Origin: Lingula anatina
Taxonomy: Eukaryota; Animalia; Brachiopoda
Reading direction: 5' to 3'
Length of the DNA stretch: 64,000 nt
Assembly (NCBI GenBank): GCA_051362555.1
Contig: CM120647.1
Location: forward strand, 15,104,651-15,168,650
The position numbers and the translations under genes are program-made. Below the pieces are notes generated by a model. It had not been told where the DNA came from. It made no database searches and saw only the letters and a program-made list of their open reading frames with translations. Shown here one piece after another: positions 11,480 to 23,451 of the stretch (positions are counted from its first letter, which is position 1; each line of letters begins with the position of its first letter).

Positions 11480-12338
11480 AAGAAGTACCGGAGAAGATCA
11501 GCATTGGTCAGAATTGTGCCGGAAGTGTAACATCAAGTGGTGTAAGACGTAAAGCTGAGTGGTCTTTTTAGCTGGAGGTGAATGGGAGAGAAGACGAGGA
11601 CTCGGAGGAAGAAGCAGTTTTTCAAACAAAGTGGTAAGATAACATTTCTTCTTTACGCAATTTGGGCAGAGAATAGGCCTACTTGTAGACATAATATAGG
11701 CATTTGTCACTGATTAGTGGCTACCCCGGTGTAAAAGGTGTATTAATGTGATCATATGTGTGGAATATCATGTCAGATGGACATATAAAGATCTAAAAAT
11801 TCGTCAAAATATTTAAAAATAGATATATCTTTGCACAGCAGTTACGGATTGGTTTGACTCAGTTGCGAACAACTTCCTGGTTTTCACAAGGTCCTTGAAA
11901 GACCCTAAAACATCAAAAAACACCAAAAAAAATACTTAGATATGGACATATCAGATTATATAAATGCCAAAATTCCACATGACAACGATTTATAGCCTCC
12001 CGGGAATTATTTTCCCTTTACGCTCTTTCACGCGCTGGTGGTCGATGCAGCATGTATTTCAAAACAAATTGACTGCAAATAAAGCACGATTTTGCACCTT
12101 CAATTTCCGTGTCACGTTTTCATCTCATGTGCCTCTTATTTCTACAAGTATTCTCTGCCCCAAATGCATTAAGATAAAATGTTATCTTATCGTGTTGTTA
12201 GAAAAATTGCTTTTTTCTCCAAGCCCACGTATTCATTCCCATTCACCTCCAGCTAAAAATGACCACTCAGCTTTACGTCTTACACCACTACACTTCCAGC
12301 ACAATTCTAACCAATGCTAATCTCCTCCGGTACCCCTT
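11480..12338. mobile_element. 859-bp MITE with ~230-bp imperfect TIRs and AT TSD (ISL2EU-type non-autonomous), inserted ~50 bp upstream of the paralogue B start codon
   Basis: ggtcacca AT|aagaagtaccggag...ctccggtacccctt|AT tcttcgcc versus empty ggtcaccaattcttc in A. The arms 11480-11710 and 12125-12338 are reverse complements. Confidence 0.85.
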
Positions 12339-12391
12339 ATTCTTCGCCTTTGATTTTGCAAAAAGGAAAACCAGGTCAGGAGTGACTTAAA

Positions 12392-14886
12392 ATGGCAGCT
12401 CTTCAACCTAGCCTGGATGCAGCAAGCACTAAGGACAGACTCAAGGGGCGGGTAGCTATAGTCACAGGGGGTGCCAGTGGCATAGGCAGTGCATGTGTGC
12501 GACGATTCTTGAATGACGGAGCACTTGTTGCCTTCTTCGACATCGACCAAGTTGCCGGGAAACAGTTGGAGGCTGAGCTCCAGGCGGCTGGCTTTGAGAC
12601 GAAATTTTACCAGGTCGACGTTTCCGACCGAGAGGCGTGCTTCAAGGCCGTTAGCCACGTAGCTAGCCAGTACGGTGGCTGCATCAACTTTCTTGTGAAC
12701 AGTGCTGCTGTATTCATATTTAAAGGCAAGTAGAAGTTATGGATTGCAAAAATCTCTTTCCGACAAACCACGAGTATTGCATTTAAATCATTTAAAAGTG
12801 AATGTTTGATAAAGATAGCATGTTTTGGGGCATTTTTTTTTACAATCAGGGGGTGGACTATGAATGGTCGATCCGGTCATCTGTCCCAGTTGGTTTCTAA
12901 TCTCCCAGCTGTTTACCCAGTGCAGATCTCTTCTGCTAGCTGGCATAATTTTTCCAGCTTTTCTAATGAAAAGAACACCGCCTTTGTTATATTTCCCAGT
13001 ACATGGCTTGCCTACATGCGTCTACGGCACGATATCAAAACCTACCAGCTGGCAATGACCTGATTAAATAATATTTGGGTGAACGGAACCACTGAATACC
13101 CCCGCATAGACCTCCATACATCTGACGTAAAGTGGGAACGTGAGACAATTTAAAACTTAACTCGCACTGTCCATAATGCATGAACACTTAGTCGTAACCA
13201 TCCCTTTTTTCGCCTTCAAATTCACAGCGCAAGAGCACGCGACGTACAAAACGAAACTCTCGCGTTGCATCTACATAAAACAAAATCAGAAAAAAAAACA
13301 TTGTGTATGCTGCTGTGGGATGGGTGATGGGTCGGGCTGGCCAGGGGGGGAGGGCTGATATCCCTGCTCTCTCCCCTCGGTTCTCAACATAAAATCAACG
13401 TTCGTCTTTGTTTCACAGCTCTAGATGCCGACACGTCCGACTGGGCACAAGTTATGAGTGTGAATGTGGCTGGATACTCGAATATGGTACAGGCCTGCTT
13501 TCCTCACATGAAGACAGGTAAAATACACATCTCTCGTTCTCTTTGTCCCCCTTCTCCTCTCTCTCTCTCTCTCTCTCCTCCTCTCCATCTCTCTCTCTCT
13601 TTCTCTCTCTCTCCCCTCTATCACCACCTTGTACGTGTATGAGCATGAATCCTTGCTTTCCACCGTAATAACAGCAAAATCTACATCGTGCAGCAAGTCC
13701 TTTCTTGAAACCCCCTTTGCACTGGACGGCGTCCTTTCTGCGTCCTTTGCTGCGACCATTAAACTGACCAGGTCGCCATTGAACGATCAATGAACGCACG
13801 GGCATCGCTAAGATCGCACAGGCGCCATGGTCACCGCAGTTTTGGGTATGTTCAAAACAATCGCACAGAGAACGAGAGTTAAGCGTACTGACCACACATG
13901 ACACACAAATTCAGACGCACAAGAGAGAGCGGCAACGATTAAAAACGAATGCATAACTCTCGTCCGGCGCGTTTGACGAATGCCAAAATTGCCACAGTTG
14001 CCAATTTTTTTTTAGCGCGTCAGTGTAGGTGTGACCGGGGTATTGAGCGCAGAAAGGACGCCGTCCACTGATAAGGGGCCTTTACTCCAATTTGAAAACA
14101 AATTCTCTCCATCGAACAAAATTAAAAAGTAAACATTCCTTCAATCTCCATATCTGAAATTGATCATAGTTTGTCAATATTTTTGCAATCCGTACAGTAC
14201 TTAAGCAATATTTCACTAATATTTCATCAACACAGCCGAACCTGACGCCAGATCAGTCGTCAATATAGCCAGTAACCTCAGCCACGTGGCATCGGTCAGT
14301 AAGTGGACGTACTGTACCAGTAAAGGTGCCGTGCTGGAGCTGACCCGGTGTATGGCACTGGACTTGGCCAAAGATGACATTCGGGTGAACTCCGTGTCAC
14401 CGGGATCCATAAATACAGCAGCGGTAAGTGTGTGTGTGTGTGTGTGTGTGTTGTGTGAGAGAGAGAGAGAGAGAGGGGGGTTATCAGAAGATTCACTGAT
14501 ATCTTGAAATTTGATTGAAGAAATGCTTAATAAGATGAGCTGAAGAGAGAAAGTCATGGTTTTAATGCTGATAATCAAAATCCATATTAAAGGCAGTGCG
14601 GAGCAAAAGAAAGAATTAAAACACTGCCAAACTGATATCATTCATATTTCAGCTCGCAAACTTCTTCGCAGGCGATGAAGACCAAAAGAGGTGGTTCGAG
14701 GGATGTCACATGATGAACCGTATCGGAGCATGCTCAGAAGTTGCCGCCGCCATTGCCTTCCTCTGCAGCAAAGACGCATCCTTCATCACGGGCGCCGATC
14801 TCCCGGTAGATGGCGGGTTCACGGCAGTAGGCCCTGAAAGGCATGGGAAAGACGGAGCCAAGTTCACTGGCACGATCCCAAAGTAG
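12392..14886 (+). CDS. Classical SDR oxidoreductase, paralogue B (exons 12392-12725, 13419-13517, 14236-14423, 14653-14886; 284 aa; GC-AG intron 1)
   Basis: Spliced ORF of 334+99+188+234 = 855 nt. TGGASGIG Rossmann motif, Asp after beta2 (FFDID, NAD(H) preference), [32 protein letters not shown]. Donor AAG|GCAAGT. Confidence 0.9.
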
Positions 14887-15252
14887 ATGCTGCACCTGTC
14901 CTTCATTTAGAACTAAGCAAAGTTTAACTATCCAATGCCCCAAATGGTTCCGACCACGTGCCCATTGCCCTTCCATTTTAGAAAATAGGGGAGTATCAAC
15001 TCGCGACACCATGAAATTAAATAGTTGGTAGAAAATGAATAGAAAAACGCCAATCAGATAACTGGTCCTTCTATGTTTAATGCTTCACACGATACGTATT
15101 GGATTCATTTTAAATAATCAATTATACTCTCTCCATTCATACCTTTACAACCAATAGTAAACATCTTTTTCGTATTGTATCTTATTGTTAATTGAACCAT
15201 GCTGTGTATTGAGATGTGTGTAAAAGTAAAAATGCTAAATAATACCAGTAAT

Positions 15253-15511
15253 AACTAGAAAAGCACTCAGAGAGCGCAGACCTCCGCCAAGGCAGTAAAG
15301 TCTCCATCTAATGCCGTTTCACCCCTAAATTTTCGATATTTTTGATTACTGATTATTGATACGGATCGCCTTCAAAAACTAATGATCTGTTTCTTGGTCC
15401 ACCTCTGACAGTTCCTAAAAATTTCATCAAAATCGGTCCAAAACTTTTTGAATAATGTTGATGACAGACAGACAAACAGAGGTGAAAACATAACCTCCTT
15501 GGCGGAGGTAA
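15253..15511. mobile_element. Helentron-type non-autonomous element (HINE/DINE-1-like); copies 15675-15812 (partial), 42897-43155, 44979-45162 (partial), 52911-53162, 53325-53510 (partial)
   Basis: Subterminal inverted repeat acctccgccaagg / ccttggcggaggt, (ACAG)n microsatellite, terminal hairpin acctccttggcggaggt, A/T-rich insertion site, no TSD. Absent at the equivalent site downstream of A, C and G. Confidence 0.7.
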
Positions 15512-15875
15512 TAATAGTAGCAATGACATTTTACAGTCTCTTTGAGGTGTTTATACTGTCACCTAGTATTTCAGAGATTAACACTTTTTGATAGTTGTAT
15601 TAAATGCTTTATCCAGACCATTTGTTGTTGCATAAGCCCTCCAAAGGATAGTTCACAGATTATCCTATATTAAAACTAGAAAAGCACTCCGAGAGCGCTG
15701 ACCTCCGCCAAAGATCACCACTAAAAACTGATCATCTTTTCCTTGGCCCATTTCCGTCAGTTCCTGAATATTTCATCAAAATCGGTCCGTAACTTTTTTA
15801 GTTATGTTGATGACGTTATGTTCCCTATGTCTTTGACAATGGTCAAAGATATTCTGTATTATGTATAGTTTTTTT

Positions 15876-18027
15876 AATGTACAGACGCAGTCTGTACATA
15901 TAGCTGTCACCTGCGTCTGTCGTCGCCGGCGCCGTGCACTCAGCGATAACACGATAAGTGGAATACCGTTTTACTTTTTGTATTCAAACTTACAGAACGT
16001 ATGAATATTCATAATACGCAGGTCAAGTTCGAAAATCAGAATGATCGGGCCATTTTTAGGGAAGTTATGCTGTTTTTTCACTTTTCAGCATATATGCAAC
16101 ACTGATAACACGATAAGTGAAAAACCGCTTTACTTTTTTGGCTTGAAACTTATAGAACTGATGAATATTCATAATACGCAGGTCAAGTTCGAAAACCAGC
16201 ATGATCGGGCCACTTTTATGGAAGTTATGCTGTTTTTTTTTTTCACTTTTTTCAGCATATATGGAACACTGATAACACAATATAAGAAAGACAGATAAGC
16301 CAATTGTCATTATACTCACAGGAGTGGTCAATCTTACTAAAACGTAGATTGAGTTCGAAAATCAGCATAATCAGGCCATTATTTTAGAAGTTATGCTGTT
16401 TTTTCACATTTCCTCAGATTCAATTCTTAGGCATGTTAACAGTCTCATTATTGAACTAATAAGATACGTAAAAGTGTTTGTTTGACATTTCCTGCATCTT
16501 TACAACATTGTTAGTTGATTTTGTAAAAATGATGGTAAACGTGTTATCGTGTATTGTGTAATTAAGTGTCAACAATGGAAATAAAATCATATCATTGCAG
16601 TTTGTCAGATTCAATCATCCACTATGTTCAGAATCCCAGAATGGAGAAAATTGGACATTTAACACTGTTCTATTGATATTTTTCCCATCCCATCAATTTT
16701 CTTAGTTGAACATGTAAAAAAGACAGTAAACTGTTTACTTTGTTTTATGTTAAAAAAGTGTTAAAAATGGAAATAAACCCATTCAGAACAGTGCTGTCTT
16801 GTTTACATTTTGGCATTTTCAAGGTGTGACTTTGAAGTTCCATGGGCCTGAAGACCTTTGCTAGTCACATTTTCTGAATATCCATGATACTAATATTTTA
16901 TTATTAAAAATTGATGGTCATTATGCTGTTAAACATTATGTAATATTGCATCAAAATTTGAAGAAACCCCTATTTTGGGCACTGCTCCCATGATGACCAT
17001 TTAAGGAAAACCATGTCACTGACTGTCCTCAAACTTACAGGAAAGAAACATGGGACTAAAATACAGCTTCAGTAGGCAATGAAGTTTGTTTGGTAAATTT
17101 TTCTGGCAATTAAACAGTTTTTTTGTGAAAATTAAATTTTTCACATATTGGCATTTTCAAGGTGTGACTTAGAACCTCCACGGACTTGAAGACCCATGCT
17201 AGTCACATTTTCTGAAAACCCATGATATGTTTATTTTATTATTAAAAATTGATGGTCATTATGCTGTTAAGCATTATGTAATGTTGCATCAAAATAGAAG
17301 AAAACAAAATTTTTGGTGTGCTGCCATGATGACCATTATGGGAAAACCGTGTTACTTATGACTGCCAAACTTTCAAAAAAGAAACACAGGACTAAAATGC
17401 AGCCTGAGTTGGAAAAGCAGTCTAATTGGCTTCTTTCTCTGGAAGTTATACATTTTATGAAATATTCATTATTATCGTTTTGGCATATTCATTGTGGGAC
17501 TCGGAGCTCCCATGGACATGAAGCCGAAAGGTAATCAAATTTTCTACATGTCCATGCTATTTATAGTCAGTAATCCAAATTGGTGATAATTATTCTGTAA
17601 TTTATTATGTAATGTTACATCAAAATTGACAAAAATCTTTTTGCACTGCTACTACAAACAATATAAAAAACAGTGTTACTTATAATTTTTAACTTACAAG
17701 TATGAATTTTAGGATTGGCATGCAGTTCAAATTAGAAAGCCAGCTCAATTGCGTTATCATTTATTATTGAATTTATGCAATTTTGTGTGAAATTTTCATT
17801 TTTCTCATTCTGGCATTTTCAAAGTGTGAACTTGAACTCCCATGGGCCTGAAGCCTTATGCTTGTTACACATTTTACTTACATCGATATTACCTGTTGAT
17901 CATAAATGAAATTTGATGTTGAATTTTCAGTTAAGCATAATGTACTTTTGAATCAGAATTGACAGTAACCTATTTTGTGCATTGTTATTTTCTGCTTTTT
18001 GTCTGTACATTTGACAGCTTTGCTGCC
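15876..18027. mobile_element. 2.15-kb Helentron/HINE-type element carrying internal satellite-like arrays
   Basis: 5' atgtacagacgcagtctgtacat hairpin, matching 3' subTIR gtctgtacatt plus gacagctttgctgcc hairpin. Inserted in a poly-T run (empty sites ~45212 and ~53558). Internal ~160-bp units start at 15945, 16104 and 16271; ~335-bp units at ~16808, 17148, 17478 and 17809. Confidence 0.75.
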
Positions 18028-18927
18028 TTTTTTTTTGTAACAAATGTAATTTTCACTTAAGAAAAAAAATACCAACAATGTTTAAACTCGTGACACGTTG
18101 CACAACTAGTCCTGAATTCGGTTTGGATCTTTTCAACCAATTCCAATTAACTTCTAAACCAAGCATCCTTGTTTCTGACATTCCAAAAGAAGCTATCAAC
18201 ATCATTTGATGGGTTTTCTAGTTGGGTGAGATACGAAGCTATGATGAATATTTAGACATAAAAAATACGACTTTGGGAGCAAATATAAAAAAGGTAAAAA
18301 TTATCTTTAAAATATTGAAACAGAGTCCAATACATGAGCTTCAAAAGCCACCTGACTGGTTGCATATGATTCCCGTTTTTCCAAGTAAAATACACACAGT
18401 CTTAGAACGTTACATAAATAAGGATATAATTTTAATTATAGTTAATATTTAAAAATATTCCTTTTATTTGACCTCTCCAACGACATGTTTCTTTATCTCT
18501 GGTACAAACGGATCAGCGCCTGTTAGCCTCCCTGGAACAGTATAAATACATAATTCTTGATATTTATTTTAAAAAATTACAAATTCAGTAGAATCATTTC
18601 ACATTTTTACTTTCTAAAAGGTCAGTGAGTCTACCTTTCCTAAAGGAAGTGATATGATCAGTTTGGTATTATACAACTAAGTTTTGACTTCTAACAGAAA
18701 TACATTTATAATGTCTTCAAATTTTGACAGTCACTTATTTTGCAATTTGGGATTGTATACAGAAGTGCCCATTGGTGTTTAATGGACTAAAGAAAATAAA
18801 ATTTATGCTTAATACTAGGTCATTTCATATTGTTTTTTCATAGTATTTATCATTTTAAGTTTTTAATATTACTATTGATAAAACTTTATGCATTATTAAC
18901 ATACTTTCTTTTCCTTGATGGCTTTAT

Positions 18928-19386
18928 ACAATACACTGCAATACAGCGCAACACAGCGCAATACACTTGATAACACAAGTCCAGTTGCAAGTAAACACAA
19001 GAAAGGGTAATCTCAAATAAAATAGGGTGATATAAAAGCAAAATATGGTACATAGTAATTAATATTGCTGATACAACTTGACAAATCGGCACAATTTTTT
19101 CATTGTTTGGTCAGCCGCCGTGTTGGCGAGTAGCTCTTCTTGGCCAGTAATGTATCCAAGAAGAGCCACTCGCCAACATGGCTGCCAACTGGACAATATA
19201 AAAGATTTGATGATTTGTTAAGTTATATCATCGATATAACTTGCTTAGTAATATAGGTTGTTTTTATATCACCCTATTTTGCTGGGAATGGTCATTTCTT
19301 TTGTGTAATTGCAACTGGATTTGATTTTTCAAGTGCATTGCACTGTGTTGCGCTGTATTGCGGTATATTGCGCAATTCAGTCACAC
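18928..19386. mobile_element. Fold-back (fully palindromic) MITE, left-truncated; full copy 46387-46860, right-truncated copy 57187-57567
   Basis: Arms gtgtgactgaattgcgcaatacactgcaatacagcgcaacacag... and ...ctgtgttgcgctgtattgcggtatattgcgcaattcagtcacac are symmetric about gctcttcttgg...ccaagaagagc. Confidence 0.8.
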
Positions 19387-19486
19387 CGGTGAGGCTCGCA
19401 AGTGGCGCGCGCCACTTGCGCTGCGCCAGATGCTCGCGCTCCTCAGCTCCCCAATGCGCTCTCTGTTCAGCAGAGGTGCCTCCCGG

Positions 19487-20919
19487 TGTAACAGTAATCC
19501 AAGTAATCCAAGTCCCTTCGGACCTCGGTTCCTGGTAATGGTTGTCTGTAGGACTAACATTACATGTACCTGGGAATAGTAGTCCTACAGGGACTTAAGT
19601 TCCTGGCTCATAATTAGAGTAGGTAGGACTTGTATTGCTGTCGGACTTTTATTCCTGTTACACCTATGACAGTAATAAAGTCCGGCCACTTGAAAGTCAT
19701 ATCCTTAGCCAATAATACTATTAAATGATAAAACTATAAATGTATATGAAATCCTGGTGAGCCATATGTCAGGCAAAAAATTAGAGTTTTGCAACTTCAA
19801 CTCGTCTGTGGTGGTTAACGTGCAAGACCACAAGGTAAGAATTCATGAATCGCTCTGTTGCATCTATGGGTTCGAGACCTATCTTTGACATGACCTTCCC
19901 CCTATTTATTACTTGTAGCAAAATGTTTAATGATCTTTTTAATGTCTAATATGTGTTCGAAATTCCGTGCTCATTACATTTACAACTTTTTTGTTTTGTC
20001 TTTTAAGTGGCAAAGCACCAAAATAGCAAAGGGTTATTACAGAACATTATATACATATATTGCAATTTTCAATTTCTAAACTGTCTTGATTTGTCTTAAA
20101 TCTCAGCAAATACTTTCCAAGAGCAAATTTCCATCGAGCATTAGGTTTTTTTTTTAATTTCAGCGATTGTAAACCGAAAAATAAATCTAAGAACGGAGAT
20201 CCCGCGTTTTGTGTAAAGTGATTTTTCCCTTAGGAATAAGGTTTTGAAAAAGAGAGAGAGTGAGAGAAAATAAGAATTTCGACGCAAAACACAAATGGTA
20301 CACCCCAGTAAAAAAGGACATGAAATAATATACACTGTACATATACCTCAAAGGATGAAAAGGGATGCCTTTGGATGGTGCCTTATTTTGTTAAAAAAAA
20401 ATATCGGGCAAACCAGGCTCATACATATTGTACAGTGAGGGAGGAGTAGGCCAAAAATATGCATTAGTTAACACGTCAAAATGTGCGTTTACTAGATGAA
20501 AAATACACATGAAATAAATAAATTGTTTTTGTTTCTTCATTAATATGCATATGAACTGCCTATCGGAAAACATTGTAAAATATAAAGATAAAATGTCATA
20601 TAAATAGAATAAAGCAAACGTTTATTATATCTTTAAAACTAGTATGTCTCTATATCTATTTATTCATGTCATTTATTGGTGTAAACTATATAGGACATGG
20701 GTTACTAAAATGTTAGGAACGCACGTCCCATTAGGACGTGCATTACTACACGTACATGTGGGACTTGCATTACTTAGGAGCCTTCGTCCTACGGACATTG
20801 AATCCTAGTAACGTATGTCCTAGGACTTCCATTCCTAGCAATGCATGCCCTAGGACTTGCATTCCCAGGACTTAGTGTCCGGGCGGACTTGCGTTACTAG
20901 GACGTGCACTCCTGCCACA
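19487..20919. mobile_element. 1.43-kb non-autonomous DNA element, TGT...ACA ends, CCGG target duplication, subterminal ~15-bp repeat arrays
   Basis: ctc CCGG|tgtaacag...ctgccaca|CCGA cctgcccc versus empty ctcccggcctgcccc at ~46948 and ~57911. ggacttgcattcctag-like motifs occur in both orientations at 19490-19660 and 20690-20915. Confidence 0.75.
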
Positions 20920-21224
20920 CCGACCTGCCCCTATCGAACGCACCGCGAAATGTGGGATCATGTGATTAAGGAGCATTACATATTAATTTTTTATTGAAAG
21001 AATGGAAAATGGTGAACACGTTAATCAGTCAGACTAACTATAACTGTGTACATTTTTGTTTACTTCGCTGGGGGCTTTCATTTTTCTTTGTTTCCGGCTA
21101 CCGGCACATGCGCATTGTTGGCATGACTTGAGCAATCGGCGCTTGCACCCCCCCACACGCTGAGCCGTTTGCCTCAAGAGGCCAAAATATCAAACAAGTG
21201 ATAAAAGACAGTTTGTTAACTTAA

Positions 21225-23367
21225 GTGCCAGTTTTTTTAAGCACCAGACAAGTGCGGCAAGGTGGGGGTTCACAGAATTTGACCTTATTGGGCTGAAATA
21301 CTTGCCTGAGGACCCTTTTAACTTCTGCCAAATGTTATGCCATAAAACTGTATTTCAGGGGATTTATGCCCAATTTTCTGTTTTTCCAGCTTTCGAAGCA
21401 GATTTTCAGTTATCATACACGTCACTCATATATATGCTTATTATACTCTTATCTAGTAATATATTTACTATGTACATGTATGATGTATTTTGTTGATCAA
21501 TATTCTTCCCCCAAAGACATTCAAACTAAAAATATAACCCACCTTGCCCACACTGTACCCACTTTTTTTACCCCACCCCCCAAAACTAAGTTTACGCATG
21601 GCGATTTTCAGAGGGTCATATACCCACTAGTAGAGGTCCTATGGCTGTCAAACCTGTATGGGTTTGTAAAGGAACATTAAAAATATAAAGTACAAAGGAG
21701 ATCCTCGTGGCCTTTTCTTTTGTTGGCGATATATTTTAATATTAAAATGTCCGAAAATTGTAAAATTTGGATGGGTGTTGCTCTTGTCTTGGCCAGTAAT
21801 ACCTGCTCAATTACTCTAATCACGGCAGAATTGAACAATAGTTTTACAAGAATAGGCAATTGCCCTATAACAGAGCCTACCTTTGGGATTTAAACCGTCA
21901 TATTCATATTTTGACGACTTGTGATCGAAATTTATGTAGCTTTGGTCAAGACATAAAACCTTTTCAACCTGCTACGTGGCCTCAAGTTTTTACCCTTTGC
22001 TCAATAGCTTCCATCTCGATTGTACACCTGGGAATGGTATTCCCTGTAATACTATAGCTTACAAAATTAATTAAAAATATTTTTAGTCTAATAAATTTAA
22101 TTAATCAGAAAATAAAACGACAAACAACCCACATTTTTCTTACATTTAATCATATAAAGAAAACTGTATTCCTTTAACATTTCTTTTGATCTACTACTTC
22201 AACATTATTGGACACAAGTGGGCACCAATCACACACACAGCTTTTAATCAATCAACAATGTTTCATAATGCATAATCATCTCTTTATTGGATCTTTAAAG
22301 TTTAAGTATAAATAAGCAAATTATCTGGAAGTGTAGCAAACAATTCAAATCTTCAAACTGGAAAATACTTATTACCAATAACTTAATAAATGGGTGGAGG
22401 GCATTGTAACTGCCATTCAAGACTACTCCTGTCACCCTTAACTGAATAAGACACCGACAAAGTTTTAACTCCAGATTTAAGTGAATGTTTAAAAAAAAAA
22501 GTACACTTGATTTTCATTCTACAAAAACATCAAAGTAATGCAAATCTATATTATCCAACTGAATCCCCTTCCTGAGGAGAATGAAGAAATAAGTTGAACT
22601 TATGTAATGGTGTAATTCATGGATTATTTTGCACTACTCAGGACCAGGAACATATATTGCTGCTTTCAAATATATAAGTCAAACTGATCTTTTGCTCCAA
22701 GGAATGAAAATATGATATTCAATATCAATATCTCAGTAAGATCTTATCCCATTTAAAGGTGGCATTCACGGATATCTTCAGTAAAATGAAACAGAAAAAA
22801 GCAGACATGATCCTAGGTTTCAAAAAAAAAAAAAAAAAAAGAACTCTGAACATTTATCATGGGACTCAACACCTAAGCGGCCAGAGGTCCGGGACACGTT
22901 TCTGGGGCAAATATTCATGTCTGATAGCTCCTTGTTAAAAAAGGTGAGCGAAAAGTGTTAGTTTTCATCATTTAATGAAGCTCCCATAAATGACATTACT
23001 TCCTTATGGGGGATCTCCTTGCTACTTGCTTGGATCATCATGGCTGACTTTAGCTATCTGTCGGGTCATTGGTGTCCTTCCACTGTAGATACAAATACTT
23101 ATTCAAAGTAGATAAACATCAAAAATACATTTTAGTCTGTTGGGTAGTAAGTCAATCCTCTTCACAAAACTTCTTTTTCGGGTGCTTGGATTAATCACTT
23201 TATTTTCTTTGCCATATATCTGATTCCTGGCTGCTCTTTCTGACCAGTCTCCAAACATCTTCTAGCTAAAATAACAACAAAAATGTATTTTTTAATCTAC
23301 TAAATGGTTTTAATTTTCAACCAACAAAATTTACCATGAAACCCCATTTTAGGCTACAACTAAGCTT

Positions 23368-23451
<84 letters not shown>

